A program made the translations under genes and the position numbers. A stretch of DNA of 57,650 bases from Alphaproteobacteria bacterium (GTDB taxonomy: Bacteria > Pseudomonadota > Alphaproteobacteria > Rickettsiales > Rickettsiaceae): the NCBI GenBank assembly GCA_020628955.1, contig JAHDEH010000001.1:14267-71916 (forward strand), in the 5' to 3' direction. A model generated the notes under the pieces. That model saw nothing but the letters and a program-made list of their open reading frames with translations, was not told the DNA's origin and made no database searches. Positions 41,711-50,500 of this stretch are shown here, in pieces; positions within the stretch are counted from its first letter, which is position 1, and every line of letters begins with the position of its first letter.

Positions 41711-41818
41711 TACAGTGAATTTAATTCGGGTTTGTGCGGTTTATTCCTCAAGTGAAACATATTATATATAATAATCACGCGAGTACTCTCGCTCTGGGCT
41801 TTAATTAAATTTACTATA
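41711..41818 (-). mobile_element. 108-bp MITE-like repeat, diverged copy D
   Basis: Termini TACAGTGAATTTAATT / TTAATTAAATTTACTATA; internal similarity to copies A-C. Confidence 0.7.
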
Positions 41819-41851
41819 AATAGCTAAATTAAAATCAAGTAGTTTCTAAAT

Positions 41852-42775
41852 CTATAATTTTCCAAGCAGTGCAGCTGCGATAAGACCTAAATTTCCTAAT
41901 AAAGTTTGTCTGTATATGCCAAGTTTTTTTAAGTATTTTATTCTTTTAAAAAATCCATATTTTCGGGCGGCACAAAATTCATCTAAAATTTCCCTATTTT
42001 TCTTAGTAAGCAAAATTTTAACTTGTTGCAAAGAGTTTGTATTAATATCATTCCAACTAGAAAATCTTCCATTCATTAGCATTCTGATTCTTTTCGCTCG
42101 CGCAAAAAATCCAAGATTAGAGCCAATAACATTATTGCTATGTTGCCTATACAGCAGGCTTGGCATTTCGTCGTAAATAATATTGCCACCTGCGCCGCTC
42201 ACTAACATATACAGCCACCAATCATGGCTTATGGTTTCTACTGGCCCAGCCTTTCTGATTAGCATTGCTGTACTATGGTTAAACAACATAGTATTACCAC
42301 CCGCAATGCTTTGTACTAGAGCATTTTTAAAGGAAGGATGTTCTTTGAAGATTGGGGAGTGTCCAATTGTTTTGCCATTTTCATCTATCAAAATTGTTGA
42401 TGTACAATATATGGAAAAATTCTTACCATTTTTTTGCAAAGATTTAAGGCCGTTTGCTATTTTGTCTTTGTGCCAGATATCATCTTGATCAGCAAAGCAA
42501 TAATAATCCGCTTCTATGTCCTCGTTGCAAACTATTGACATGAAATTTTTTACGCTACTTTTATTGTTTGCTTTTATGATGAAAAAGCGATCAGGGCCAA
42601 TTATTTTTTGATATTTAGCAAGAATATCCAAGGTTTTATCTGTGGAGCCATCGTCGGACACCCAAATTTGAATGTTCTTGTGAGTTTGTGATAGAAATGA
42701 TTCTATTTGTTCTTCTAGAAAATTTTCTCCGTTATATGTGCAAAGCAATATTGCAACCAAAGGGTCTTTTTGCAT
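41852..42775 (-). CDS. glycosyltransferase family 2 (rhamnosyltransferase-like)
   Basis: CTYNGE, SDDGSTD, FADQDDIW, HDWW and YRQH..NVIG. Confidence 0.9.
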   Translation of the reverse strand: MQKDPLVAILLCTYNGENFLEEQIESFLSQTHKNIQIWVSDDGSTDKTLDILAKYQKIIGPDRFFIIKANNKSSVKNFMSIVCNEDIEADYYCFADQDDIWHKDKIANGLKSLQKNGKNFSIYCTSTILIDENGKTIGHSPIFKEHPSFKNALVQSIAGGNTMLFNHSTAMLIRKAGPVETISHDWWLYMLVSGAGGNIIYDEMPSLLYRQHSNNVIGSNLGFFARAKRIRMLMNGRFSSWNDINTNSLQQVKILLTKKNREILDEFCAARKYGFFKRIKYLKKLGIYRQTLLGNLGLIAAALLGKL

Positions 42776-42892
42776 AAGTATATAATTTTTTAATTACAAT
42801 TTTTTTTATAATGCAAGCAAGATATCAGAGAAGTGTATATTAGTAAATAATATAATTTGAAAAGTATGTTTTTGTATTATACAATATTTTAA

Positions 42893-42935
42893 AGCCTACA
42901 TAGATAAGGCTCAGCAGAGCTTATGTATGTAGGCT
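42893..42935 (-). terminator. long hairpin downstream of the cold-shock gene
   Basis: AGCCTACATA...GCTC-AGCA-GAGC...TATGTAGGCT. Confidence 0.55.
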
Positions 42936-42948
42936 ATGAATTAATTAC

Positions 42949-43152
42949 TTAGATTAATTCTATTTTTATAGCAGAAATTTTACCTTTCTGCTCTTCTAGC
43001 TCGTAAGATACAGTTTGATTATCTTCAAGGCTGCTAAGACCAGCACGATCAAGTGCGCTGATGTGTACAAATACGTCTTTACCGCCATCTTCTGGCTCTA
43101 TAAAACCATATCCTTTTGTTGGGTTAAACCATTTAACTTTTCCGTTTGCCAT
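42949..43152 (-). CDS. cspA: cold-shock protein
   Basis: VKWFN, RNP1 KGYGFI and RNP2 VFVH. Confidence 0.95.
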   Translation of the reverse strand: MANGKVKWFNPTKGYGFIEPEDGGKDVFVHISALDRAGLSSLEDNQTVSYELEEQKGKISAIKIELI

Positions 43153-43510
43153 AATTTTTTACTTCTGTTTTTAATAAATTTTGTGGCTATCCATAACCAA
43201 AATAGCCCCTTTAACACTAGAGTTGTAATTTCATATAAACATCCTGTGTTAAGCATAGTTACTGGAAAAAAATTAAGACAAACTTTTGCTATGTAAAAAA
43301 ACATAAAGCAAATATAATGTAATAATATTATTCTTGTAATTGAAAACCAAGACACCCTTGAAAACTCAAGAAATAGTAGAATATACATAAATACAAAATA
43401 ACACAAGCACTAATTTCATAATTCTTAAAAATAACTACTTGAAAAAATAATAATATGGTGTATATTGCAATGATCTGCATGGTAAGCAGGAATTAAAAAC
43501 CTGCGGCAGA

Positions 43511-43593
43511 AATACACATGCCAAGAGATATGCTGGTTAGTCTTGTAGACTTTTTAAGGATTATGAGTTTTGCATATTGGCAGAGGTAATAAC
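43511..43593 (+). promoter_or_regulatory. ribosomal protein S2 autoregulatory leader
   Basis: ACACA-TGCCAA..TATGC..GCATA-TTGGCA-GAGG..TAAC architecture like the rpsB leader; upstream TTGAAA-N16-TATATT. Confidence 0.7.
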
Positions 43594-43616
43594 TAACAAT
43601 CAAACGGAGATAAATT

Positions 43617-44528
43617 ATGTCTAATTTACCTAAAGTTAGCGTCGGTGACCTTCTAGACGCTGGTATTCATTTTGGTCACAAAACATCTAGATGGAACCCA
43701 AAAATGGCTCCATATATCTATGGAATGAAAGATAATGTACATATTATAGACTTGCAGCAAACGGCTCCATTATTACAGCTTGCTCTGCAAAAAATATATG
43801 ATGTAGTAAAAAATAATGGTAAAGTTCTGTTCGTAGGTAGTAAAATACAAGCTTCGGATTTAGTTGCAGAATATGCAGAAAAGTGCGGTCAGTATTATGT
43901 GAATAACAGATGGCTTGGCGGAATGATGACTAACTGGAGCACAATTTCTAAATCTATCAAAAAAATTGATAACATCGAAAGAATTCTTGAAGATGAAGAA
44001 AAAGCTGCTTCCTACACTAAAAAAGAAATTCTTGATATAACAAGGCAAAAAGAAAAGCTATTAAAATCTTTAGCTGGTATCAGAAAAATTAATGGTAGAC
44101 CAGATTTAATTGTGATCATTGACACTAATAAAGAACATTTAGCAATTCAAGAAGCTGCAAAGCTTGGAGTGCCTATAGCTGCTGTTGTTGATACTAATTC
44201 TGACCCAGATATGATTGATTACCCAATACCTGGTAATGATGATGCTATTAGGTCAATTAGGTTATATTGCAGCCTGTTTGCTGATGCTGCTCTTGCTGGT
44301 ATTCAAGATTCTTTGTCTGAGTCTGGTGCTGATATTGGCAAATCTGAAAAGGTGAGCAAAGATAGTAAAAACATGGATGGCGTAGTTAAGCTTGAAAAAA
44401 CTGCAAAAGTTTCTAAATCTAGCCCAAAGAAAAAACCTGCAGAGCCTAAAGCTTCTGAAGCAAAAAAAGCAGCTCCTAAAAAAGCTACTAGCAAAAAGAA
44501 AGAAGCTGAAGTAGAAACAAAATCTTAA
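43617..44528 (+). CDS. rpsB: 30S ribosomal protein S2
   Basis: AGIHFGH..WNPKM, RWLGGM and PGNDDAIR; Lys/Ala-rich tail. Confidence 0.98.
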   Translation: MSNLPKVSVGDLLDAGIHFGHKTSRWNPKMAPYIYGMKDNVHIIDLQQTAPLLQLALQKIYDVVKNNGKVLFVGSKIQASDLVAEYAEKCGQYYVNNRWLGGMMTNWSTISKSIKKIDNIERILEDEEKAASYTKKEILDITRQKEKLLKSLAGIRKINGRPDLIVIIDTNKEHLAIQEAAKLGVPIAAVVDTNSDPDMIDYPIPGNDDAIRSIRLYCSLFADAALAGIQDSLSESGADIGKSEKVSKDSKNMDGVVKLEKTAKVSKSSPKKKPAEPKASEAKKAAPKKATSKKKEAEVETKS

Positions 44529-44542
44529 TTTAAAGCTTAAAC

Positions 44543-44574
44543 AATGTGCTTACTAAAGATTTGGTGAGCACATT
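44543..44574 (+). terminator. rpsB-tsf intergenic hairpin (attenuator-like)
   Basis: AATGTGCTTACTAA-AGAT-TTGGTGAGCACATT. Confidence 0.55.
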
Positions 44575-44628
44575 AAAATCAAATTTATTAAATAATTAAA
44601 GCATAATTATCCAAGGAGAGTATATTTT

Positions 44629-45543
44629 ATGGCAGTAACAGCAAAATTAGTAAAAGATTTAAGAGAAAAAACTGGCGCAGGCATGATGGATTGTAAAAAA
44701 GCGCTGGTAGAAACAAACGGTGATTTCGAAGGGGCAGTTGACTGGCTAAGAACAAAAGGTCTTGCAGCGGCTGCAAAAAAAGCAGGAAGAGTTGCAGCTG
44801 AAGGATTAACAGCTGTTGCAGTATCTGGAAACAAAGCAGCTGCTGTAGAGATCAACTCGGAAACAGATTTTGTATCTAAAAATGCAGAATTTCAAGCTTT
44901 GGTTTCAGAAGTGTCGACTGTAGCAGCAGATCACGCAGACCTTGAATCTTTAAAATCTGCAAAAGTTGCATCTGGCAAAACAGTGGAAGAAGAAATTGTG
45001 TCTAAAGTGGCAACAATTGGTGAGAATTTAAATTTGCGTCGTATGCAGTCAGTAGCAATCGAAGACGGCGTGATAGCATCTTATGTGCACAATGCTGCGG
45101 CTGAAAACATGGGTAAGATAGCAGTGCTTGTAGCCCTAGAGTCTACAGGCGACAAAGCAAAGCTAGAAGAGCTTGGTAAGCAAATAGCTATGCATGTTGC
45201 AGCAGCGCGCCCGCAAGTTTTAAATAAAGAAGATGTGGATCCACAGATTGTTGAAAGAGAAAAAGCGATTTTCACAGAGCAATCAAGAGCTTCAGGTAAG
45301 CCTGATGCAATAATTGAAAAAATGATTGTTGGTAGAATTCGTAAGTTCTTGGAAGAAATATCTCTTTTAGACCAAGTTTTTGTAATAGATGGCAAGTCAA
45401 AAATTTCTGAGGTTGTAGCTGCTACGGCAAAAGAAATAGGCGCAGAAATTACATTAAAATCATATGTAAGATTAGAGCTTGGTGAAGGAATTGAAAAAGA
45501 AGAAAAAAGTTTTGCTGAAGAAGTTGCTGCAGCAACAAAATAA
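44629..45543 (+). CDS. tsf: elongation factor Ts
   Basis: LREKTGAGMMDCKKAL and EINSETDFV. Confidence 0.98.
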   Translation: MAVTAKLVKDLREKTGAGMMDCKKALVETNGDFEGAVDWLRTKGLAAAAKKAGRVAAEGLTAVAVSGNKAAAVEINSETDFVSKNAEFQALVSEVSTVAADHADLESLKSAKVASGKTVEEEIVSKVATIGENLNLRRMQSVAIEDGVIASYVHNAAAENMGKIAVLVALESTGDKAKLEELGKQIAMHVAAARPQVLNKEDVDPQIVEREKAIFTEQSRASGKPDAIIEKMIVGRIRKFLEEISLLDQVFVIDGKSKISEVVAATAKEIGAEITLKSYVRLELGEGIEKEEKSFAEEVAAATK

Positions 45544-45574
45544 GCAAACTTAACTTCTAGATAAATAATGTAAG

Positions 45575-45610
45575 AAACCTCAATTCTATATTTTTGGATT
45601 GAGGTTTTTT
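45575..45610 (+). terminator. intrinsic terminator after tsf
   Basis: AAACCTCAAT...ATTGAGGTTT followed by a T-run. Confidence 0.7.
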
Positions 45611-45627
45611 ATTTTTATAAGTTACAA

Positions 45628-45736
45628 TATTGTAAATTTAACTCCCGCTTATGCATTTTTAGCTATGAGCTGAACCTATTATATATAGTGAATGCGCAAG
45701 TAAATTCTCGCATAAATTTTAATTAAATATATAATA
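45628..45736 (-). mobile_element. 109-bp MITE-like repeat, copy B (inverted)
   Basis: Reverse complement TATTATATATTTAATTAAA...GCATAAGCGGGAGTTAAATTTACAATA. Confidence 0.8.
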
Positions 45737-45765
45737 ACAATTTGCTAATTTAAGTTTTGAATAAA

Positions 45766-46092
45766 ATGGAACAACTTAAGGAAATATCTCCACAAGAATT
45801 AAAAAAATTATTAGACATTCAAGATGTTACATTAATTGATGTGCGCGAGGATTTCGAGTATCAATCTGGCTTTATTGAGCAATCTATTCATATTAAACTA
45901 TCTGATTTAGAAGATAAAATAGATTTAATTAAAGGCTTAAAAAAGAATTATATTGTGATGCAATGCAGGTCTGGGGTAAGGTCTAAGACTGCCTGTACGA
46001 CTTTAGAAAAACACGGTATATTTAACAGTTATAATTTAACTGGTGGAATATTAGCCTGGAACGCGCTTGGTTTTAATATTGCAGTGATTTAA
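45766..46092 (+). CDS. single-domain rhodanese (ORF from TTG 45757)
   Basis: LIDVRE..EY, active loop CRSGVRS and LTGGILAW. Confidence 0.9.
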   Translation: MEQLKEISPQELKKLLDIQDVTLIDVREDFEYQSGFIEQSIHIKLSDLEDKIDLIKGLKKNYIVMQCRSGVRSKTACTTLEKHGIFNSYNLTGGILAWNALGFNIAVI

Positions 46093-46214
46093 GCTCGGCT
46101 CTGCGCTCGGTCATTTTCTTGTTAGTTTGTTGCTTGTAAATGTATCGAGTTAATTCTTATCTAAACTTCAACTAAATTACTATAATGTTGCACCCTAGCA
46201 TTGGATTGAAATCG

Positions 46215-46323
46215 TATTGTATATTTAATTAAAGTTTAGCTAAGAATTGGCTAAGTGAATACTATATACGGGTAGTTCAGGCGAGACAATGAAACTGCAT
46301 AAACGGGAATTAAATTTGCAATA
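46215..46323 (+). mobile_element. 109-bp MITE-like repeat, copy C
   Basis: Shares AGAATTGGCTAAGTGAATACTATATA and GCGAGACAATGAAACTGCATAAACGGGA exactly with copy A. Confidence 0.82.
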
Positions 46324-46369
46324 TGCTATAGATTCAGTTTAAATAAAAGTATTTTTATAAAAATTTTAC

Positions 46370-46398
46370 TAGACATTTTAGAGCAATAGCTATATAAA
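46370..46398 (+). promoter_or_regulatory. putative promoter of the tRNA pair
   Basis: TAGACA-N17-TATAAA about 55 bp upstream of the first tRNA. Confidence 0.5.
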
Positions 46399-46453
46399 TA
46401 CGACAGCGTAAGTAATATAAACGATTTATTTGCGGCAATAATCAATTAATTGG

Positions 46454-46530
46454 GGGCTTGTAGCTCAGTTGGTTAGAGCGCTCCGCTCATAACGGAGTGG
46501 TCGCAGGTTCAAGTCCTGCCGGGCCCACCA
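46454..46530 (+). tRNA. tRNA with CAT anticodon, most likely tRNA-Ile2 (lysidine type)
   Basis: Acceptor GGGCTTG/CGGGCCC, anticodon arm CTCCG-CTCATAA-CGGAG, GGTTCAAGTCC, encoded CCA; fully paired first base pair excludes initiator. Confidence 0.9.
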
Positions 46531-46573
46531 TTGATCTCGAATATTTTTTGTTCTTTTGTTTTAAAAGACCAGC

Positions 46574-46660
46574 GCCTCTGTGGTGGAATGGTAGACACGA
46601 CAGATTCAAAATCTGTTGCTCTTTGAGGGCGTGCCGGTTCAAGTCCGGCCAGAGGTACCA
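46574..46660 (+). tRNA. tRNA-Leu(CAA)
   Basis: GCCTCTG/CAGAGGT acceptor, ACAGA-TTCAAAA-TCTGT, long variable arm, encoded CCA. Confidence 0.95.
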
Positions 46661-46794
46661 AATTTATCTTCTCTTTTATATTAATTTGTGCTATTATAAA
46701 TCTAGCTCTGGCTTTATACAATTTCATTGTCTTAAGTAGGGTATTATTGTGAATTACAGTAAATATAAGTTAAATTTGGTCAAAACCAGTATAC

Positions 46795-46998
46795 ATGCTA
46801 GAACATAGACAGTTGGTATTAAAGGAGATTGAGGAGCTAAAAGACGAGCACTCAGACCTTAATGAAATAATAGATTCCAAGGAATCTAATACTAATTTTT
46901 CAGAATTTACTATACAACAATTCAAAAAAAGAAAACTTTATATCAAGGATAGAATTGAATTGCTAGAGTCTTCTTTATACCCTGACATTATAGCATAA
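46795..46998 (+). CDS. DUF465/YdcH family small coiled-coil protein
   Basis: EHSDL..I, KKRKL.IKD.I and C-terminal PDIIA. Confidence 0.85.
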   Translation: MLEHRQLVLKEIEELKDEHSDLNEIIDSKESNTNFSEFTIQQFKKRKLYIKDRIELLESSLYPDIIA

Positions 46999-47018
46999 AT
47001 CTAGGATATTGTATATCC

Positions 47019-48773
47019 TTACTCAAGCATTATAAGTTCTGAATTTTCACCGATCATTATGTTGCTATCAGGCAATTCTTTTTCTTCGGTGACTGTAGTT
47101 TCTTTATTATTTATCAGATCATCAAGATAATGTTCAAATTCATTTTTGGGCATATTATTGATAGTAATATACTTAAAAATGTTATCTTTATTGAGAATTT
47201 CTATAGCATTGAAACCTTTTTCTGATTGTAATATTTCTGCAATATCATTTAAATTCAAATATTGCTCTGTAACTAGATAAAATATTTTACTACTATTTAG
47301 CAGCTCTACTTTAGCTACACCATTTTTACTATTTAATATATCAATTATAATATTAATAGGATCTTTTTTTTGGAAGTTGAATATTGATTTAATCATAGAA
47401 ATTGACTTTGATAAATCATTTTGCTTAAGCTCCTCAAATTCTATGAGTTTAGTAATGAAATGGCTATTTAGTAAATTAACTTTTTGCATACCATCCGCAC
47501 AATTTAATAATTTAATTAATTCAGCAAATGATATTTTATTATCAACAAGCAGATTATAAGACTGCGCCAGAGAGTTTAATTTTTCTAGGGATTGTTTTCC
47601 ATATGCTAATCTTAAAATATCCATATCATTACAAAAATCTTTGGCTATTAGGTTGTAAATTTCATCTGAAGCAATGATTTTAACTTTTTCCAAGCCATGT
47701 TTTCTATTTAATAAATTATGAATTATATCAAAATTTAAATTTGTTCTGTTGATAATAAAAAACATATTATTCGTTGATAAAGCGTTCAGTTTTTCTACGC
47801 CGTTTTCAATATCTAGAATATCAAGCAATTGATCCATATTACAAGCATCATGATGTTTTATTAAATAAGAAATATTGGGCTTTGCCAAAGCTAAAACTTT
47901 ATCCCCGCCATTTTCGCTAGTGACTATTTCATATAATTTATCAGCGTTAATTATATTAGAATAGACCATGTGCATGGCTTCTTTTTCCGCAAGGGCTTTT
48001 ATTTTTATTTTGCCTTTTTCGTTTTTGGCTAAATTAAGTATTTTGTTAAATTCATAAGGCCCTTTATTTGAATCATGATTAGCTTTACTATGATATAATT
48101 TTATTGTTTCTGGCTCTATAAGCAGCTGCGCTTTTTTTAAGGCCTTTTTTTCAATTAGCAAATTATATAAATTATCAAAATTCTTAAAATCATGTATTAT
48201 TTGCTGAAAAATTATTTTACTATTAAGTACCTCCATTTTTTTTGGGGCATTTTCGCTAATATATATATTATATAATTTTTTAAACTCTATCCTGCCATTT
48301 TCGCATAGATCTATATATTTTTTATTTTTAAGTAAGTCACAGCACATCCATTGGTTCAACTCTTCTATCTCGGCAGCTTTTACTTGTTTATTTAGCAATT
48401 TATTTTTGTAGGCTTTACATTTATCGTAAATATAATTAAGCACATCTTGTTTTGTTACAGGTTTTATATCTTTATCTTTATCATCGTTCCAGGTGGATAA
48501 ATTTAAAGCCCCTCGTGCATTTTTTGACTTATGATTCGCTTCGTGGGGTTTTGGGTGCTTAATGACATCATTAATATCACGCACTGTGCCTGTCCATATA
48601 TTATGGCGAATCAACCAAATTTGTTTTGACATTGTAATTTCATCTTTGCTCAAAATTAAATTATATACAGACAATGCTTTATCATCGCTCAGCTCATTAA
48701 TTGTCTCAAAATAAATATCAAAAATACTATCTAAAATACCTAGTTGTCCGCCGTTAATTCCCATAATTTTCAC
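47019..48773 (-). CDS. hypothetical protein with about ten 33-36-aa helical tandem repeats (TALE/mTERF-like register); start may be ATG 48764
   Basis: Recurrent h-N-x3-h-h-x-h-h-x4-G-x2-K-h-x2-L unit over residues 162-540. Confidence 0.75.
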   Translation of the reverse strand: MKIMGINGGQLGILDSIFDIYFETINELSDDKALSVYNLILSKDEITMSKQIWLIRHNIWTGTVRDINDVIKHPKPHEANHKSKNARGALNLSTWNDDKDKDIKPVTKQDVLNYIYDKCKAYKNKLLNKQVKAAEIEELNQWMCCDLLKNKKYIDLCENGRIEFKKLYNIYISENAPKKMEVLNSKIIFQQIIHDFKNFDNLYNLLIEKKALKKAQLLIEPETIKLYHSKANHDSNKGPYEFNKILNLAKNEKGKIKIKALAEKEAMHMVYSNIINADKLYEIVTSENGGDKVLALAKPNISYLIKHHDACNMDQLLDILDIENGVEKLNALSTNNMFFIINRTNLNFDIIHNLLNRKHGLEKVKIIASDEIYNLIAKDFCNDMDILRLAYGKQSLEKLNSLAQSYNLLVDNKISFAELIKLLNCADGMQKVNLLNSHFITKLIEFEELKQNDLSKSISMIKSIFNFQKKDPINIIIDILNSKNGVAKVELLNSSKIFYLVTEQYLNLNDIAEILQSEKGFNAIEILNKDNIFKYITINNMPKNEFEHYLDDLINNKETTVTEEKELPDSNIMIGENSELIMLE

Positions 48774-48911
48774 TTCATATTTAATTTACAACAAGCTCAA
48801 ATTGTATACTATGCTAAATATAATTAACAGTGAAAATAATGATTTTTTGTTATTTTTCGACCGTTATTATGGTAGAGTATTGTGAATTTTATCAAGTTTA
48901 TGAAATTATCC

Positions 48912-48940
48912 TTGACCCAGGCGCAATAGATATTTATCAT
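48912..48940 (+). promoter_or_regulatory. putative sigma70 promoter of the psd operon
   Basis: TTGACC-N17-TATCAT. Confidence 0.55.
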
Positions 48941-48990
48941 TGGTAGCATGAAATCATTATATTACAAAAAATCACGGAGTATAAAAAACA

Positions 48991-49686
48991 ATGAAACCAT
49001 ATAACGATGCAGCTAAAGCAATACATAAAGAAGGTTATATTTTTATAATAATATTTGCAGTTATTGCATATGTGCTCAGCACTTTCAGTCTTAACTTAGG
49101 CTGGATTGGCCTGATTGCAACAATTTGGTGCGCCTATTTTTTCAGGAATCCAGAAAGAATGACGCCAATTGGTGATGATTTAGTAGTCAGCGCAGCAGAT
49201 GGGGTGGTGCAAAAAATTGTTGAAGTAGAGCCCCCTGCAGAGCTTGGCCTTACTGAGAAAAAAATGATGAGAGTAAGTGTTTTTCTTAATATTTTTAATG
49301 TTCATATTAATCGAATTCCAGCTCTTGGTAAAATTCTTTCTTTGAACTACCACCCTGGCAAATTTTTTAATGCCTCACTAGATAAAGCTAGCATCCATAA
49401 CGAAAGACAGTCTGTTTTAATGGAAACAAAAAACGGAACGAAAATTGGTTTTGTACAAATTGCTGGTTTGATTGCTAGACGAATTGTTTGCGACCTTGAA
49501 GAGGGGCAAGAAGTAAAAACAGGGCAGAGATATGGTTTGATTCGCTTTGGCAGCAGGGTTGATATATATCTACCACTAAAAACTGTTTTAAAAGTTTCTG
49601 AAGGACAAACTTGCATCGCGGGTGAGACAATAATTGCTGACCTTTCTGGTACAGAAAAAAAGCAACTGAAATTTGAGCAACGTTAA
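48991..49686 (+). CDS. psd: phosphatidylserine decarboxylase proenzyme
   Basis: [23 protein letters not shown] and RFGSRVD autocleavage site. Confidence 0.95.
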   Translation: MKPYNDAAKAIHKEGYIFIIIFAVIAYVLSTFSLNLGWIGLIATIWCAYFFRNPERMTPIGDDLVVSAADGVVQKIVEVEPPAELGLTEKKMMRVSVFLNIFNVHINRIPALGKILSLNYHPGKFFNASLDKASIHNERQSVLMETKNGTKIGFVQIAGLIARRIVCDLEEGQEVKTGQRYGLIRFGSRVDIYLPLKTVLKVSEGQTCIAGETIIADLSGTEKKQLKFEQR

Positions 49687-49720
49687 TTTACTAATAAAAC
49701 ATTTAAGCGGTATATAAATT

Positions 49721-50500
49721 TTGATAAATTTCAAAGAAAAAAAATTACAGATCAAACCAGTGCCAATTACTAAGCTATTACCAAATATGGTTACATTAAT
49801 TGGTCTTGTGATTGGCGTTAGCTCTATAAGGTATGCGCTTGATAATAGATGGGAAATGTCTATTTACTGTCTTTTAGTTGCAACAATTATAGATGGCATT
49901 GATGGTAGAGTGGCACGGCTTTTTAATGCATCCAGCCATTTTGGCGCAGAGCTTGATTCGCTATGTGATTTAGTTAATTTTGGCCTATGCCCTGCAATTT
50001 TGCTATATGTATGGTGCATGCAAGAATACGAATTTAAGCTCATTTCTTGGGGCTGTGTTATGCTGTATGTAGTATGTATGGCAATACGTCTTGCCAGATT
50101 TAATACTGCTAGTTTAACGGATGACGAACAAAAGTCGATAAATCAATATTTCTTTGTTGGTGTACCGGCGCCGGTTGGTGCTCTCCTTGCTTTAATGCCT
50201 TTTATGATCAATTTTGGCTATGCTAATATTTTTGAAATTGATATTAGAGAATATAATATTATCATTGATATATATATTGTTATTATTGCATTGCTGCTAC
50301 CTAGTAGATTTCCTACGGTTTCATTAAAAAAACTGAAGATTCCACAAGAATATTTAGCCTTTTCTTTGATTATTTTTGCGATAATTATAATATTAACTGT
50401 AATTTATACTTGGTATGTATTGCCAATTGCTGCTATAATGTATTTATGTTCGATACCTGTATGTGTAAAAATTAAACGTAATCATAAATTATATTCATGA
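49721..50500 (+). CDS. pssA: CDP-diacylglycerol--serine O-phosphatidyltransferase
   Basis: DGIDGRVAR..S.FGAELDSLCD, RLARFN and GVPAP. Confidence 0.93.
   Translation: MINFKEKKLQIKPVPITKLLPNMVTLIGLVIGVSSIRYALDNRWEMSIYCLLVATIIDGIDGRVARLFNASSHFGAELDSLCDLVNFGLCPAILLYVWCMQEYEFKLISWGCVMLYVVCMAIRLARFNTASLTDDEQKSINQYFFVGVPAPVGALLALMPFMINFGYANIFEIDIREYNIIIDIYIVIIALLLPSRFPTVSLKKLKIPQEYLAFSLIIFAIIIILTVIYTWYVLPIAAIMYLCSIPVCVKIKRNHKLYS

Noticed and set aside
43015-43406. 93-aa and 102-aa ORFs around cspA
   Set aside because: Antisense or out-of-frame overlaps with cspA and its long leader; no motifs
44330-44528. Histone-like Lys/Ala-rich tail of RpsB
   Set aside because: Low-complexity S2 tails are common in alphaproteobacteria
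46497-46739. ORFs on both strands over the tRNA region
   Set aside because: They overlap two clear tRNA genes
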